Of a stretch of DNA of 64,000 nucleotides, positions 48,670 to 58,521 are shown piece after piece. Numbering within the stretch: the first letter of the stretch is position 1; each line of letters starts with the position of its first letter. The position numbers and the translations under genes are program-made. The notes below the pieces were generated by a model, which was not told where the DNA came from, ran no database searches, and saw nothing but the letters and a program-made list of their open reading frames with translations. Source of the DNA: Tagaea sp. (GTDB lineage Bacteria; Pseudomonadota; Alphaproteobacteria; CACIAM-22H2); NCBI GenBank assembly GCA_965279525.1, contig CBDIIB010000004.1, positions 1 to 64,000 of the forward strand, written 5' to 3'.

Positions 48670-49503
48670 ATGAGCGAGAAGAGCAAGAACCGCGCACCGG
48701 TCGCAGTCGTTACGGGCGGGCGCCGCGGGATCGGGCGCGCCATATCCGTGGCGCTCGTCGAAGCGAAGTTCGACGTCGTCATCGTCGATCTCGAGGAGGA
48801 TGCCGACGCACGCGCCACGCTGGCCGAGATCGCCGAGCGCAAGGGCCGCGCGAAGTTCGTTGCCGGCGACATCGGGGCGCTGGACAGGCGTGTTGAACTC
48901 GTTGACGGCATCTTCGCGGCGTTCGGGACAGTGGATTGCCTCGTCAACAACGCCGGCGTTCTGTCGGGCGTGCGTGGGCAGGACCTGCTGACGGTGACGC
49001 CCGACGTCTTCGATCGGGTGATGAATGTCAACCTGCGCGGCACGTTCTTCCTGACGCAGGAAATCGCAAAGCGCATGGTCGCCGAGGACGAGGCTGGAAC
49101 CGGTCGCCCGGTCGGCCGCAGCATCGTTACGATCACTTCGGGGGCCGTCGGCCGCGCACGGACGGATTCCCCGGAATACTCCTTCTCGAAGACGAGCCTG
49201 GCGCTCATGTCGCAGATCTTTGCGGTCCGGCTCGGTCGACATAATATTGCAACTTACGATTTGCGACCCGGCGTCACGCGTACCGAGATGAGCCGCAGTG
49301 CCTGGGGCATGTATGAGGAACTCGTCGAGGAAGGTCGTTTCCCGATCCGCCGACTCGGCCTGCCCGACGACATCGCTCGTGCCGTTGTGACGCTCGCGTC
49401 AGGCGGTCTCTCCTACGTCACCGGTGGATTCATCACAATCGACGGCGGGTTCGGCATCCCAGCATCTGTCATGCCGCGTCGCCCGCCCGCTGACAAGAAA
49501 TAG
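48670..49503 (+). CDS. SDR oxidoreductase (3-ketoacyl-reductase-like)
   Basis: TGGRRGIG, NNAG, YSFSK and IDGG. Confidence 0.88.
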   Translation: MSEKSKNRAPVAVVTGGRRGIGRAISVALVEAKFDVVIVDLEEDADARATLAEIAERKGRAKFVAGDIGALDRRVELVDGIFAAFGTVDCLVNNAGVLSGVRGQDLLTVTPDVFDRVMNVNLRGTFFLTQEIAKRMVAEDEAGTGRPVGRSIVTITSGAVGRARTDSPEYSFSKTSLALMSQIFAVRLGRHNIATYDLRPGVTRTEMSRSAWGMYEELVEEGRFPIRRLGLPDDIARAVVTLASGGLSYVTGGFITIDGGFGIPASVMPRRPPADKK

Positions 49504-49518
49504 CGGCGGCCGGCGCGC

Positions 49519-50118
49519 ATGTATTATGACCCACGCAAGAAAGACCATGGCCTGCCGCATGACCCGTTCACCGCGCTGGTCGTGCCACGCCCGATCGGCT
49601 GGATCTCAACCCTCGACCGGGAAGGGCGGGTCAATCTGGCGCCGTACAGCTACTTCAACGCGCTGTCGGGACGGCCACCCTTCGTGATGTTCTCGAGCAC
49701 GCCAGCCAAGCATTCGCAGACCAACGCCGAGGCGACAGGCGAGTTCGTCGCAAATCTCGCTACCTACGACCTGCGCAAGGAGGTCAACGCGACATCAGAG
49801 GCCGTGCCGGCCGGCGTCGACGAAGCAGCCCTCGTCGGTCTCGAGATGGTGGCGTCTGTTGCCGTCCGGCCACCGCGCGTCAAGCGCTCGCCGGTCGCGC
49901 TGGAGTGCCTCTACAACAGCAGCGTGGTACTGCGCCCGCGCGACGGGTCGACGATGTCGACCACCATTGTCCTCGGCGAAGTCGTCGGAATCCATATAGA
50001 TGACTCACTGCTCGTCGACGGACGCGTTGACTTCCTGAAGATGCGCCCGCTTGCGCGGCTCGGCTACATGGATTACGGCACACTCGATACGGTGTTCGAA
50101 ATGAAGCGTCCCGGCTGA
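49519..50118 (+). CDS. Flavin reductase-like protein
   Basis: VVPRPIGWIST....G.VNLAPYSYFN and PLARLGYMDY. Confidence 0.88.
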   Translation: MYYDPRKKDHGLPHDPFTALVVPRPIGWISTLDREGRVNLAPYSYFNALSGRPPFVMFSSTPAKHSQTNAEATGEFVANLATYDLRKEVNATSEAVPAGVDEAALVGLEMVASVAVRPPRVKRSPVALECLYNSSVVLRPRDGSTMSTTIVLGEVVGIHIDDSLLVDGRVDFLKMRPLARLGYMDYGTLDTVFEMKRPG

Positions 50119-50137
50119 CCGCGAAGGAGATGCCGCG

Positions 50138-51121
50138 TTGACAGTCTGGCTTCTCCGCCGTCTGCTTCAGGCCGTTTTCGTCATCTGGGTGATGACGCTG
50201 ATCGTCTTCGTGGCGCTGCACGTGATCGGCGATCCCGTGGATATTCTCAGCAATCCGGCTTCCGGCGAAGCCGAGCGGCTGCGCATGACGCAGTCACTGG
50301 GCCTCGACAAGCCGCTGTGGCAGCAGTACCTCGCCTTCGTCGGCGGCGCGCTGCAGGGCGACCTTGGCCGCAGCTTCATCTTCAACGACCCGGCGCTGCA
50401 ATTGATCGTCCGTCGCATGCCGGCCACCCTAGAGCTGGCGCTGACGGCTATGTTTCTCGCGGTGCTGATCGGCATTCCGCTCGGTCTCGTCGCCGGCCTT
50501 TTTCCCAAAGCGACCGCGTCGAAGGCAATCATGGCCGGCAGCATTCTCGGCTTCAGCCTGCCGACGTTCTGGGTCGGCCTGATGCTGATCATGGTGTTCA
50601 GCGTCAATCTTGGTTGGCTGCCGACGACCGGGCGCGGCAAGACGGCCGAGCTGTTCGGCATTCAGTGGTCGTTCCTGACCACCGACGGACTGAGACATCT
50701 GTTCATGCCGGCGCTCAATCTGGCGCTGTTCCAGCTTTCGCTGGTGCTGCGCCTGACGCGCGCAGGTGTGCGCGAGACGCTGCCGCTGGATTTCGTCAAG
50801 TTTGCGCACGCCAAGGGCCTCACGAAGAGACGCGTCGTGTTGGTGCACGTCCTCAAGAACATCCTGATCCCGGTCGTGACGGTCGTCGGGCTCGAGTTCG
50901 GATCGACCGTCGCCTATGCGGTCGTGACCGAGACCATCTTCGCGTGGCCCGGAATGGGAAAGCTCATCATCGACAGCATCTACACGCTAGATAGGCCGGT
51001 AATCGTCGCCTACCTGATGCTGGTCGTCGTATTTTTCACGTTCATCAATCTCGCGGTCGATCTCGTCTACACGTTCCTCGACCCGCGTGTGCGGCTTGAA
51101 ACACGAGGTAACACCGGATGA
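50138..51121 (+). CDS. Peptide/nickel-type ABC permease (DppB-like)
   Basis: LGLDKPLWQQY, GDLGRS, FAHAKGL and ETIFAWPGMG. Confidence 0.9.
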   Translation: MTVWLLRRLLQAVFVIWVMTLIVFVALHVIGDPVDILSNPASGEAERLRMTQSLGLDKPLWQQYLAFVGGALQGDLGRSFIFNDPALQLIVRRMPATLELALTAMFLAVLIGIPLGLVAGLFPKATASKAIMAGSILGFSLPTFWVGLMLIMVFSVNLGWLPTTGRGKTAELFGIQWSFLTTDGLRHLFMPALNLALFQLSLVLRLTRAGVRETLPLDFVKFAHAKGLTKRRVVLVHVLKNILIPVVTVVGLEFGSTVAYAVVTETIFAWPGMGKLIIDSIYTLDRPVIVAYLMLVVVFFTFINLAVDLVYTFLDPRVRLETRGNTG

Positions 51122-52029
51122 GCGCCGGCACGTCGACCGCAGAACTCGGCGAGGGAGTCGAGACGCCGTTCATGCGCTTCGCGCGCGACTTCACCGAATC
51201 GCGCGTCGCAACTGTGGGCTTGGCCGCATTGGCGGCCATTGCATTCCTGGCGGTTTTTGCGACCTGGGTGGCGCCGCAGAACCCCTACGATCTTGTGCAA
51301 CTCGACATCATGGACAGTCGGCTGCCGCCGGGCAGCCCCGCGTCGGCAGGGTTCACCTATTGGCTTGGCGTGGACGGACAGGGACGCGACATGTTGTCGG
51401 CGATTCTCTACGGCCTGCGCATCTCGCTTGGCGTCGGCGCCGGTTCGGCGCTCATCGCTGGCGCGATCGGCGCCAGTCTCGGCCTGCTGGCCGGCTATGT
51501 CGGCGGCTGGGTCGACGCGCTGATCATGCGGTTCGTCGATCTGCAGCTCTCCTTTCCGACAATTCTCGTGGCGCTGATGATCGTCGCGTTTCTCGGCAAG
51601 GGTGTGATGAATGTGGTGCTGGCCCTGGTGATCGTCGAGTGGGCCTATTACGCACGAACGGCGCGCGCGGCTGCCTTGGTCGAGCGCCGCCGGGAGTACA
51701 TCGAGGCCGCTGAATGCCTCGCGCTGCCGCGCTGGCGCGTGCTGTTCGTCCACATGCTGCCAAACTGTCTGCCGCCACTGATCGTGATCACGGCGATCCA
51801 GGTTGCGCGCGCGATCGCATTGGAGGCAACGCTGTCTTTTCTCGGGCTCGGCGTGCCGCCAACCGAACCCTCGCTCGGAATGCTGATTGCCAACGGGTTC
51901 GACTTCATGCTGTCGGGGCGCTACTGGGTCAGCTTCTATCCCGGTGTGGCATTGCTTGTCACGATCGTCTCGATCAACGTCGTCACCGACCAGTTGCGCG
52001 ACGTGCTTAACCCGCGCATCACCCAGTGA
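51118..52029 (+). CDS. Peptide/nickel-type ABC permease (DppC-like)
   Basis: LGVDGQGRD, EYIEAA and EATLSFLGLGVPP..PSLG. Confidence 0.9.
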   Translation: MSAGTSTAELGEGVETPFMRFARDFTESRVATVGLAALAAIAFLAVFATWVAPQNPYDLVQLDIMDSRLPPGSPASAGFTYWLGVDGQGRDMLSAILYGLRISLGVGAGSALIAGAIGASLGLLAGYVGGWVDALIMRFVDLQLSFPTILVALMIVAFLGKGVMNVVLALVIVEWAYYARTARAAALVERRREYIEAAECLALPRWRVLFVHMLPNCLPPLIVITAIQVARAIALEATLSFLGLGVPPTEPSLGMLIANGFDFMLSGRYWVSFYPGVALLVTIVSINVVTDQLRDVLNPRITQ

Positions 52030-52849
52030 ATTTTGCCGCTTCGAACCAGTCCCATTCCCACGGCACGATGGCGCGCAGCGGGCTATCGAACGACACCTGT
52101 TCGATGTCCGAGACGTCGCGCAGGCGACCGGCACGACGCAAAGCCACGTCGCGCGCTTCGCGGTCGGCGACAAATTCAAGCGGATCCTCGTCGAGATAGA
52201 GAATCGTCAAGCGGTTAGGTGCCGCGGCTGGATCGCGCGTGTTGCTGTCGGGGAAATTCCAGCTCGGTCCGCTGTCCTCGCCCCACTCGTGACGGAACAG
52301 GTCATCGGCCGCCAGTGTCCACGCTCCGGCCACGCCCCGGCACTGCAGCAGATCGGGAATACGGACTTCGTCGTACCAGCGAAACAGTGCGTGCGCACCC
52401 GGCGCCTTCGGATCGACGGTCGACAGCGTGATATGCACGCCCTTGGTCGGGCAAAACGGCAGGATGTCGGCCGTGACGGGAAGGCGCGGGCCCGCGTAGC
52501 CCTTGATCGGCGAGAACAGGCCGCGCATCGGGCGCTTCGTCCAGCGCACCTGCGGCGATCGGCCCCACTGGAACGAACGCTCCGAAAGCATGAAAAAGTC
52601 GTCGAGCGTCTCGCGGATCGGCTCGCGGAACCAGTACATGACCCCGTAGTGCGTACTTGCCAGTGACGGTGCCACGGTGCGGCTCGCCGACATGCAATCG
52701 GGCGAGCGGACCCAGCGGTCGTTCCACACGATGCCAGGCAGGATCAGGTTCTCCGGAATGTGGTCGAGCTGGTGCCATTCATTGTGCGCCCGATGTTTGG
52801 TCGGGTCGGTAATCTCGGCAAGCGAGAAATAGGCTTTGGCGGCGAACAT
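52019..52849 (-). CDS. Hypothetical protein (possible EthD/dimeric alpha-beta barrel tandem)
   Basis: HNEWHQLDHIPEN...PG and WYDEVRIPDLL...GVAG repeats; paralogue of 52855-53643. Confidence 0.65.
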   Translation of the reverse strand: MFAAKAYFSLAEITDPTKHRAHNEWHQLDHIPENLILPGIVWNDRWVRSPDCMSASRTVAPSLASTHYGVMYWFREPIRETLDDFFMLSERSFQWGRSPQVRWTKRPMRGLFSPIKGYAGPRLPVTADILPFCPTKGVHITLSTVDPKAPGAHALFRWYDEVRIPDLLQCRGVAGAWTLAADDLFRHEWGEDSGPSWNFPDSNTRDPAAAPNRLTILYLDEDPLEFVADREARDVALRRAGRLRDVSDIEQVSFDSPLRAIVPWEWDWFEAAKFTG

Positions 52850-52854
52850 GGGCG

Positions 52855-53643
52855 TCAGGCTCCGATCCGCTGCACGTCGACGTCGAACCAATTCCAGCGC
52901 CAGGGCACGATCGTCCGCAGCGGGGCGGCGAACAGGGGTACTTCGGCCGGCGTCGTGTTTGGCAACCGGCCGGCGGCGCGCCAAGCGGATTCCCGCGTGC
53001 GCATGTCGGCCATGAAGTCGAGCGGATCACCGTCGAGATAGACAAGGAGAAGGCGCAGCACAGTGGCAGCGGGATCGCGGTTCGGCCGGAAGAGACTACG
53101 ACCGGCGAAGGTCCATGCGCCTGCCGCACCGCGGCACTCCAGTAAGTCGGGGATTCGCACCTGATCGTACCAGTGCGACACCGCTTCTGAGGCCGCGTCT
53201 CGGCCAGTCAGTCGCGACATCGACAGGTAAGCACCGCGCGCCGGCCGGAAAGCGAGGGCTTCGGGCGACACGAGGGCGCGCTGCGTGACGTAGCCTTTCA
53301 GCGGAACCAGAAGTTCGTGCAGCGTCCGTCGGCGCCATTGCGCATCGGGTTGCCGGCCGGTGTGCAGGTCGCGACATGACTGCTGATGGAACTCGCGCAG
53401 GCTGCGCTCGGCCGGCGGGCGGAACCAATGCAATCCCGCGTACTGCGTGCCTGCATGCGCGCCCGCGCTGGTGCCGCCGGCCCTCACGCAGTCGGGCGAG
53501 CGAACCCAGCGGTCGCTCCATGCGACACCGGGTTGCGCGAGCGCCTCGGGTCGACGCTGGAGATGTTCAAGTTCGTTGTAAAGCGTGTGCTTTGACGGAT
53601 CGTCGAGCTCGTCGAGGGAAAGCATCACGAGTGGCGCGAACAT
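52855..53643 (-). CDS. Hypothetical protein, paralogue of 52019-52849
   Basis: Shares DRWVRSPDC, WYD.VRIPDLL.CRG.AGAWT and PLR.IVPW.W.WF. Confidence 0.7.
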   Translation of the reverse strand: MFAPLVMLSLDELDDPSKHTLYNELEHLQRRPEALAQPGVAWSDRWVRSPDCVRAGGTSAGAHAGTQYAGLHWFRPPAERSLREFHQQSCRDLHTGRQPDAQWRRRTLHELLVPLKGYVTQRALVSPEALAFRPARGAYLSMSRLTGRDAASEAVSHWYDQVRIPDLLECRGAAGAWTFAGRSLFRPNRDPAATVLRLLLVYLDGDPLDFMADMRTRESAWRAAGRLPNTTPAEVPLFAAPLRTIVPWRWNWFDVDVQRIGA

Positions 53644-53772
53644 GACGGCTTCCTGTCGTGGACGATGGCCTCGACGCTATCGGCGCGGTGTGCGGAGATC
53701 AAGCGGCATGGCAGTTCACGGTCGCCATGTTGACACGTACCGGTGCAGCGCCTATCCTAAAAATGGACAATC

Positions 53773-53795
53773 ATCCGCTATGCGGACAAATGGCG
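53773..53795. promoter_or_regulatory. Putative IclR operator, copy 3 (upstream of the SBP gene)
   Basis: aTCCG-ctatg-CGGACAAATGGCG. Confidence 0.6.
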
Positions 53796-53822
53796 AAAAG
53801 CCAGGAAATTGGGAGGAACGGC

Positions 53823-55421
53823 ATGAACGCTGTCTCGCGCGCAGTTGCGCTCTCAAGCCTTCGTCGCATCGTGCACGGTACTTGCGCCGCTTTCCTGCTG
53901 GCGCTGCCGGCCCTGGCAGCGGACCTGACGATCGGCGTGCCGATCACGCCGACGAGCATGGATCCGCACTATCACAACGTCTCGCAGAACATCAGCCCGC
54001 TGTCGCACGTGCTTGAGCCGCTGGTGTTCGTCGAGGGCACGAAGGACCTGTCGCCAGCGCTCGCTGTGTCGTGGCGCGCGATCGACGACAAGACGTGGGA
54101 ATTCAAGCTGCGGCCGGGCGTCAAGTTCCACGACGGCTCGGATTTCACCGCCGAAGACGTCGCCTTCACGCTCCGCCGCGTTCCGAAGGTCCCGAATCCG
54201 CTGGCGTCGTCGACGATCTTCACGCGCAGCATCGCGGAGATCATCGTCGTCGATCCGATGACCGTTCACCTGAAGACGATCTACCCTGACGCCGAATTGC
54301 CGGTGAACATGTCGCAGCTGCTGGTTTTGTCGCACAAGGCGGCGGCCGGTCCTGCGGCCGAAGGCAAGACGACCCAGCAGCTCAATGCAGGCGAAGGCCT
54401 GATTGGTACTGGCCCTTATAAGTTCGTCGGCTTTACGCCCGGCGAGCGCGTCACCGTCACGGCGAACCGGAATTACTGGGGCAAGGCGCCGATGTGGGAC
54501 AACGTGACGCTCAAGGTCATCACGTCGGACGCGACGCGTACGGCGGCGGTGCTGTCGGGTGAGATCGATGCAGCAATGGTACCAGGGGAGAGCCTCGACC
54601 GACTGAAAGCGAGCCCGAACGTCAAGGTAACCACCGGAGACACGTGCTTCTTCGTCTATCTGGCGATGGACCAGTTCGAGAAGACCGCGACCGTCACCGG
54701 CACGGACGGCAGGAACCCGCTACGCGATCCGCGCGTACGGCGCGCGCTGTCGCTGGCGATCGATCGAAATGCGATCTCGCAACGCGTGTTGCTGGGCCTG
54801 GCGAAGCCGACGGCCGAGCTCGGGCCGGCTTCCATCTTCGGGACCACGCCCGGCGTCACGCCCGATCCTTTTGATCTCGACCAGGCGCGGAAACTGCTCG
54901 CGGAAGCGGGCTATCCGCAGGGTTTCGGCATCACGCTGCATACCCCGTCCGGCGTATTCGTCGGCGACACCCAGATCGGCCAGGCGGTTGCCGCAATGTG
55001 GACGCGCGCTGGCGTCAAGACGACAGTCGAGAGCGTCGTCAGTTCGCAGTTCTATTCCCGTCGCAACAACCGAGACTACAGCGCTTACGCGACGAACTTC
55101 TGCCCCTACACGGGCCAGATGTCGTACTCGGTCCGCCTGCTCGGCATGACGCGCGACCTGCCAAAGGCGAACGGGACGATCAACGTGTCGGGCTATTCGA
55201 ATCCGCAAGTCGATAGGCTGATCACCGAGGCGCTCGCGACCGTCGACGACGCAAAGCGGGCGGCCCTCGTTCAGCAGGCCAGCAAGATTGTCGTCAAGGA
55301 CGAGCATGCGGTGCTTTCGCTCGTTCAACTTGGCTACGTCTACGCCACCAAGAAGAACCTGACGCTGCGCACCCGGATGGATACATATCTAACGGCTATG
55401 CAGATCACGCCGGACGGCTGA
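53823..55421 (+). CDS. ABC transporter substrate-binding protein, family 5 (DppA-like)
   Basis: Signal peptide; PALA.SW....WEFKLRPGVKFHDGSDFTAEDV and IGTGPYK. Confidence 0.9.
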   Translation: MNAVSRAVALSSLRRIVHGTCAAFLLALPALAADLTIGVPITPTSMDPHYHNVSQNISPLSHVLEPLVFVEGTKDLSPALAVSWRAIDDKTWEFKLRPGVKFHDGSDFTAEDVAFTLRRVPKVPNPLASSTIFTRSIAEIIVVDPMTVHLKTIYPDAELPVNMSQLLVLSHKAAAGPAAEGKTTQQLNAGEGLIGTGPYKFVGFTPGERVTVTANRNYWGKAPMWDNVTLKVITSDATRTAAVLSGEIDAAMVPGESLDRLKASPNVKVTTGDTCFFVYLAMDQFEKTATVTGTDGRNPLRDPRVRRALSLAIDRNAISQRVLLGLAKPTAELGPASIFGTTPGVTPDPFDLDQARKLLAEAGYPQGFGITLHTPSGVFVGDTQIGQAVAAMWTRAGVKTTVESVVSSQFYSRRNNRDYSAYATNFCPYTGQMSYSVRLLGMTRDLPKANGTINVSGYSNPQVDRLITEALATVDDAKRAALVQQASKIVVKDEHAVLSLVQLGYVYATKKNLTLRTRMDTYLTAMQITPDG

Positions 55422-55425
55422 AGCG

Positions 55426-56316
55426 ATGTCGAACAAGGTCATCCTAACCTGCGCCGTTACGGGAGCAGGCGATACGGGGCTCAAGTATCCGGCCGTACCG
55501 GTGACGCCGGCGCAGATCGCGGATGCATCGATTGAAGCGTGCCGGGCGGGGGCTGCGATCGCGCATATCCATGTGCGCGATCCCAAGACCGGCAAGCCGA
55601 GCATGGACGTTGCGCTCTATCGCGAGGTTGTCGAGCGCATCCGCGACAGCGGCTGCGACGTGGTGATCAACCTTACGACCGGGCCGGGAGCCCGCTTCGT
55701 GCCTTCGGACACGATGCGCAATACGGCGGCGGACGGTTCGAACCTTCGCCCGCCGCTCGAGCGTGTGACGCACATAATCGAGCTCAAGCCAGATATCTGC
55801 AGTCTTGACATGGGGAGCCTAAATTTCGGATCCGGCACCCTGATCAACGTCCCTCGGCACGTCGAGGTCATGGCCGAAGCGATCCGCAAAGCAGGTGTGA
55901 TGCCTGAGCTTGAGGTTTTCGATACCGGCCACATCGCGCTCGCACTGGACATGATGAAGCGCGGCCTGCTGGATAAGTCCTCGCTGTTCCAGGCCGTGCT
56001 CGGTGCTCCGTGGAGTGCTCCGGCCACTCCGGAAACTATGATGCTGATAAAGCAACTGATGCCGCCGGGTACACCCTGGGCGGCATTCGGTGTCGGGCGC
56101 TGGCAGTTTCCGATGCTCGCCCAGGCATTGCTGCTCGGCGGCCATGTGCGGGTCGGTCTTGAAGACAATCTCTACCTGGAGAAGGGCGTGCTGGCGCCGA
56201 GCAACGCCGCCCTTGTCGAGTGCGGTGTCAAGATCATGCGTTCACTCGGCTTCGAGCCGGCCACGCCGACGGAAGCTCGGCGCATTCTGCGAATTGGGAC
56301 GCCGGCGACGATCTGA
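55426..56316 (+). CDS. Beta-keto acid cleavage enzyme (BKACE/DUF849, Kce family)
   Basis: ILTCAVTG, AGAAIAHIHVRDP and GGHVRVGLEDN. Confidence 0.9.
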   Translation: MSNKVILTCAVTGAGDTGLKYPAVPVTPAQIADASIEACRAGAAIAHIHVRDPKTGKPSMDVALYREVVERIRDSGCDVVINLTTGPGARFVPSDTMRNTAADGSNLRPPLERVTHIIELKPDICSLDMGSLNFGSGTLINVPRHVEVMAEAIRKAGVMPELEVFDTGHIALALDMMKRGLLDKSSLFQAVLGAPWSAPATPETMMLIKQLMPPGTPWAAFGVGRWQFPMLAQALLLGGHVRVGLEDNLYLEKGVLAPSNAALVECGVKIMRSLGFEPATPTEARRILRIGTPATI

Positions 56317-56475
56317 TCTGTGATTGGGTCGGTCTGGTTGCGAGTCCCGGTTCCTTTGTGATGCCTACCTCGATATCCGCGGAGTCCTGAGGCGGCCCAG
56401 CGTCGCTCGACCGCAGTTGATTTTACGAACTGAATTGCCAGCACCTTCATGGCTTTCGACTAATTTTCATTGCTG

Positions 56476-56594
56476 TTAGTTTCCACTCGTTTCCCTTAAA
56501 TGCAGATAATTTTGGAAACTGCCATTGAAATCATTGAATAAACAGAAGTCTGGGGGACTGGGGGTCGCAGGTTCGAATCCTGTCGCTCCGACCA
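56476..56594 (+). repeat. attR-like site 2: conserved arm plus tRNA-Pro 3' half (56547-56594)
   Basis: Identical tRNA 3' half; arm gtttccactcgtttcccttaaatgc...cattgaaatcattgaata. Confidence 0.92.
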
Positions 56595-56702
56595 TCAAAG
56601 AAGCCCGCCGCCGGGAGACCGGTCGGCGGGCTTTACCGTTTTGGGCAACCATGGGAATGTGGAAATCAATAGTTTGCCTTAGCACAATCTTGGGGAGGGG
56701 AT

Positions 56703-57245
56703 ATGTTCGAGCGGGTTTGGAAAGGATTGGCTAGTGCTATGCTGGTCGGCTTGCTGTTCGTGGCACCGATACGACCGGTGCTTGCAGACGGCACCGTCTG
56801 CGTCTGGCATGGGGATAGTCCGGCTTTCCGCGCCGACGTTGAGGGGGCCGCTAACCAGTTCCGTAACAATCCGGGCGTTCGCCGCAGCGTAGTCGGCGGC
56901 ACCGTAGATGTGGCCCACGCAGCTTTTATTGAAATGACGCGTGTTACTGAATTGCTAGCCACAATCATCGTGAACAACATCCGGGTGATCGAAGATTCCA
57001 TGACGTATGTGGCACGGGCCTCTATCCGAGCGGAGTCCGAGAAGGGCCATTTCAACGAGATAAACCTCTATAAGGGCTATTGCCGGGCCTTCCCGCCAGA
57101 TACCGAAGTGCAATACTGGGTGCAGAAGTGGACGACCGGGTGGGACGGCTTCTGCCATGGCTGGATCAAGGTCGTCGACGGATCGTGGACAAACGTCTAT
57201 CTCTCCGGCACCGTGTTCAATTCCAGTTGCTACATAGTGATTTGA
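56703..57245 (+). CDS. Secreted 4-Cys protein, paralogue A
   Basis: RBS ggaggg and signal peptide ending VLA-D; motifs shared with 57966 and 58522. Confidence 0.78.
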   Translation: MFERVWKGLASAMLVGLLFVAPIRPVLADGTVCVWHGDSPAFRADVEGAANQFRNNPGVRRSVVGGTVDVAHAAFIEMTRVTELLATIIVNNIRVIEDSMTYVARASIRAESEKGHFNEINLYKGYCRAFPPDTEVQYWVQKWTTGWDGFCHGWIKVVDGSWTNVYLSGTVFNSSCYIVI

Positions 57246-57389
57246 ACGACATCTGGAAATTGTGCTCCGTCAGCGACATCGTTAGCTAACGGGATATTAC
57301 GGGCGCTGCCCATTGGCTCACTGCCCATGCGACGGCCTCCGCGCGACGAGTTGTACCTCCGCGGAGGCCGGTCCCTTAAAGATCAGTTG

Positions 57390-57711
57390 GCGCTGCGCAA
57401 ATGGATTGCTGCCGTCGGTGCGAAGACTGCCTACATCGAACCTGGCAGCCCCTGGGAGAACGGCTACTGTGAGAGCTTCAACGGCAAGCTGAGAGACGAG
57501 CTGCTCAACGCGGAGATCTTCTACAGCCTGAAGGAGGCCAAGACCGTCATCGAGGCCTGGCGGCGGCACTACAACACGATCCGTCCGCACTCATCGCTTG
57601 GCTATCGACCACCGGCGCCGGAAGCGCTGGTCATGCCGGTAGCCACGGCAATGGCGCAAACGGCACGACTAAACCAACATCCGTAACGGGCCACTCGGTG
57701 GGGGCCGGTCA
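57390..57711 (+). mobile_element. IS3-family remnant (transposase C-terminus plus right end)
   Basis: LRKWIAAVGAKTAYIEPGSPWENGYCESFNGKLRDELLN...YNTIRPHSSLGYRPP; terminal ...ggccggtCA at 57711. Confidence 0.8.
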
Positions 57712-57930
57712 CCGGTGCGATCCAGGGCTGGCCAGTGCCCGAGGCGCGCCTGTTCCTGAAAGACCTCACCGAACACGCCACCCAGCTCGAATCTGTCTAT
57801 GCCCACCGCTGGCGGCTGCACGACCTGGTGATCCGGGACAGCCGGGCGGTCATGCACCGGCCCCGGCGCTACGACCACAACAAGCCCCGCGACATGCGCC
57901 GCACGACTGTCGCCGACAGCGCACCGCTGC
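57712..57930 (+). pseudogene. TauD/TfdA dioxygenase C-terminal fragment
   Basis: GWPVPEARLFLKDLTEHATQ...YAHRW..HDLVIRDSR.VMHR...PRDMRRTTV begins immediately after the IS end. Confidence 0.7.
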
Positions 57931-57965
57931 TGGCGCGGCCGCTCAGAGCGGCTGGGATCGCCGCC

Positions 57966-58493
57966 TCAGTTCACCTTCGCATTAGGCGAGAATTCGCAGC
58001 TGGTCTTGATCCACGGCCCGGTCATCATCATCGTGACGTCGCCCGTCATCGTCACGCCGTGGGCGCAGATTTCGTGCCAGCCGGAGCGTTCGATCTGTGC
58101 GTAGACGTTGACGGCCGTTCCAGCCGGGAACGACCGGCAGAAATACTCGGAATAGAGCAGCGTCTCCCAGTGGCTGCCCTCGCCGGGCCCTCTGATATAG
58201 GCACGCCCGGTATAGGCGTTCATGACATCGGCCATCCACACGACGCCGACGAGACCCAGATAGCCGCGCACCTCGTCGATTGCCAGCTGGTTGGCGTACA
58301 TGTCAGAGATGCCGCGGACATTTGAATTGGCGCCCGTGTTTAGGATGCACAGCCGGTAAGTGCCGGGTAGCGGTTGTGTCACACGGTTCTTCGGCCAGTC
58401 AAACGGCGTCGGAACCGTCTGCGCGTACGCACCGGCCGCGATGCCAAGAACGAGAGCGAGCGCGGCGAGCCGCGTCGTGAAAATCCGATGCAT
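57966..58493 (-). CDS. Secreted 4-Cys protein, paralogue B (175 aa)
   Basis: RBS aaggag; signal peptide AYA-Q; closely similar to 58522-59049. Confidence 0.82.
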   Translation of the reverse strand: MHRIFTTRLAALALVLGIAAGAYAQTVPTPFDWPKNRVTQPLPGTYRLCILNTGANSNVRGISDMYANQLAIDEVRGYLGLVGVVWMADVMNAYTGRAYIRGPGEGSHWETLLYSEYFCRSFPAGTAVNVYAQIERSGWHEICAHGVTMTGDVTMMMTGPWIKTSCEFSPNAKVN

Positions 58494-58521
58494 CTTTGCG
58501 GCGTCTCCTTGCGTCGGAATT

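Larger units (their letters stand above)
44064..56594. mobile_element. Integrated cassette 2 (12,531 bp; aromatic-type catabolism), no integrase visible
   Basis: Bounded by direct repeats of the tRNA-Pro 3' half. Confidence 0.75.
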
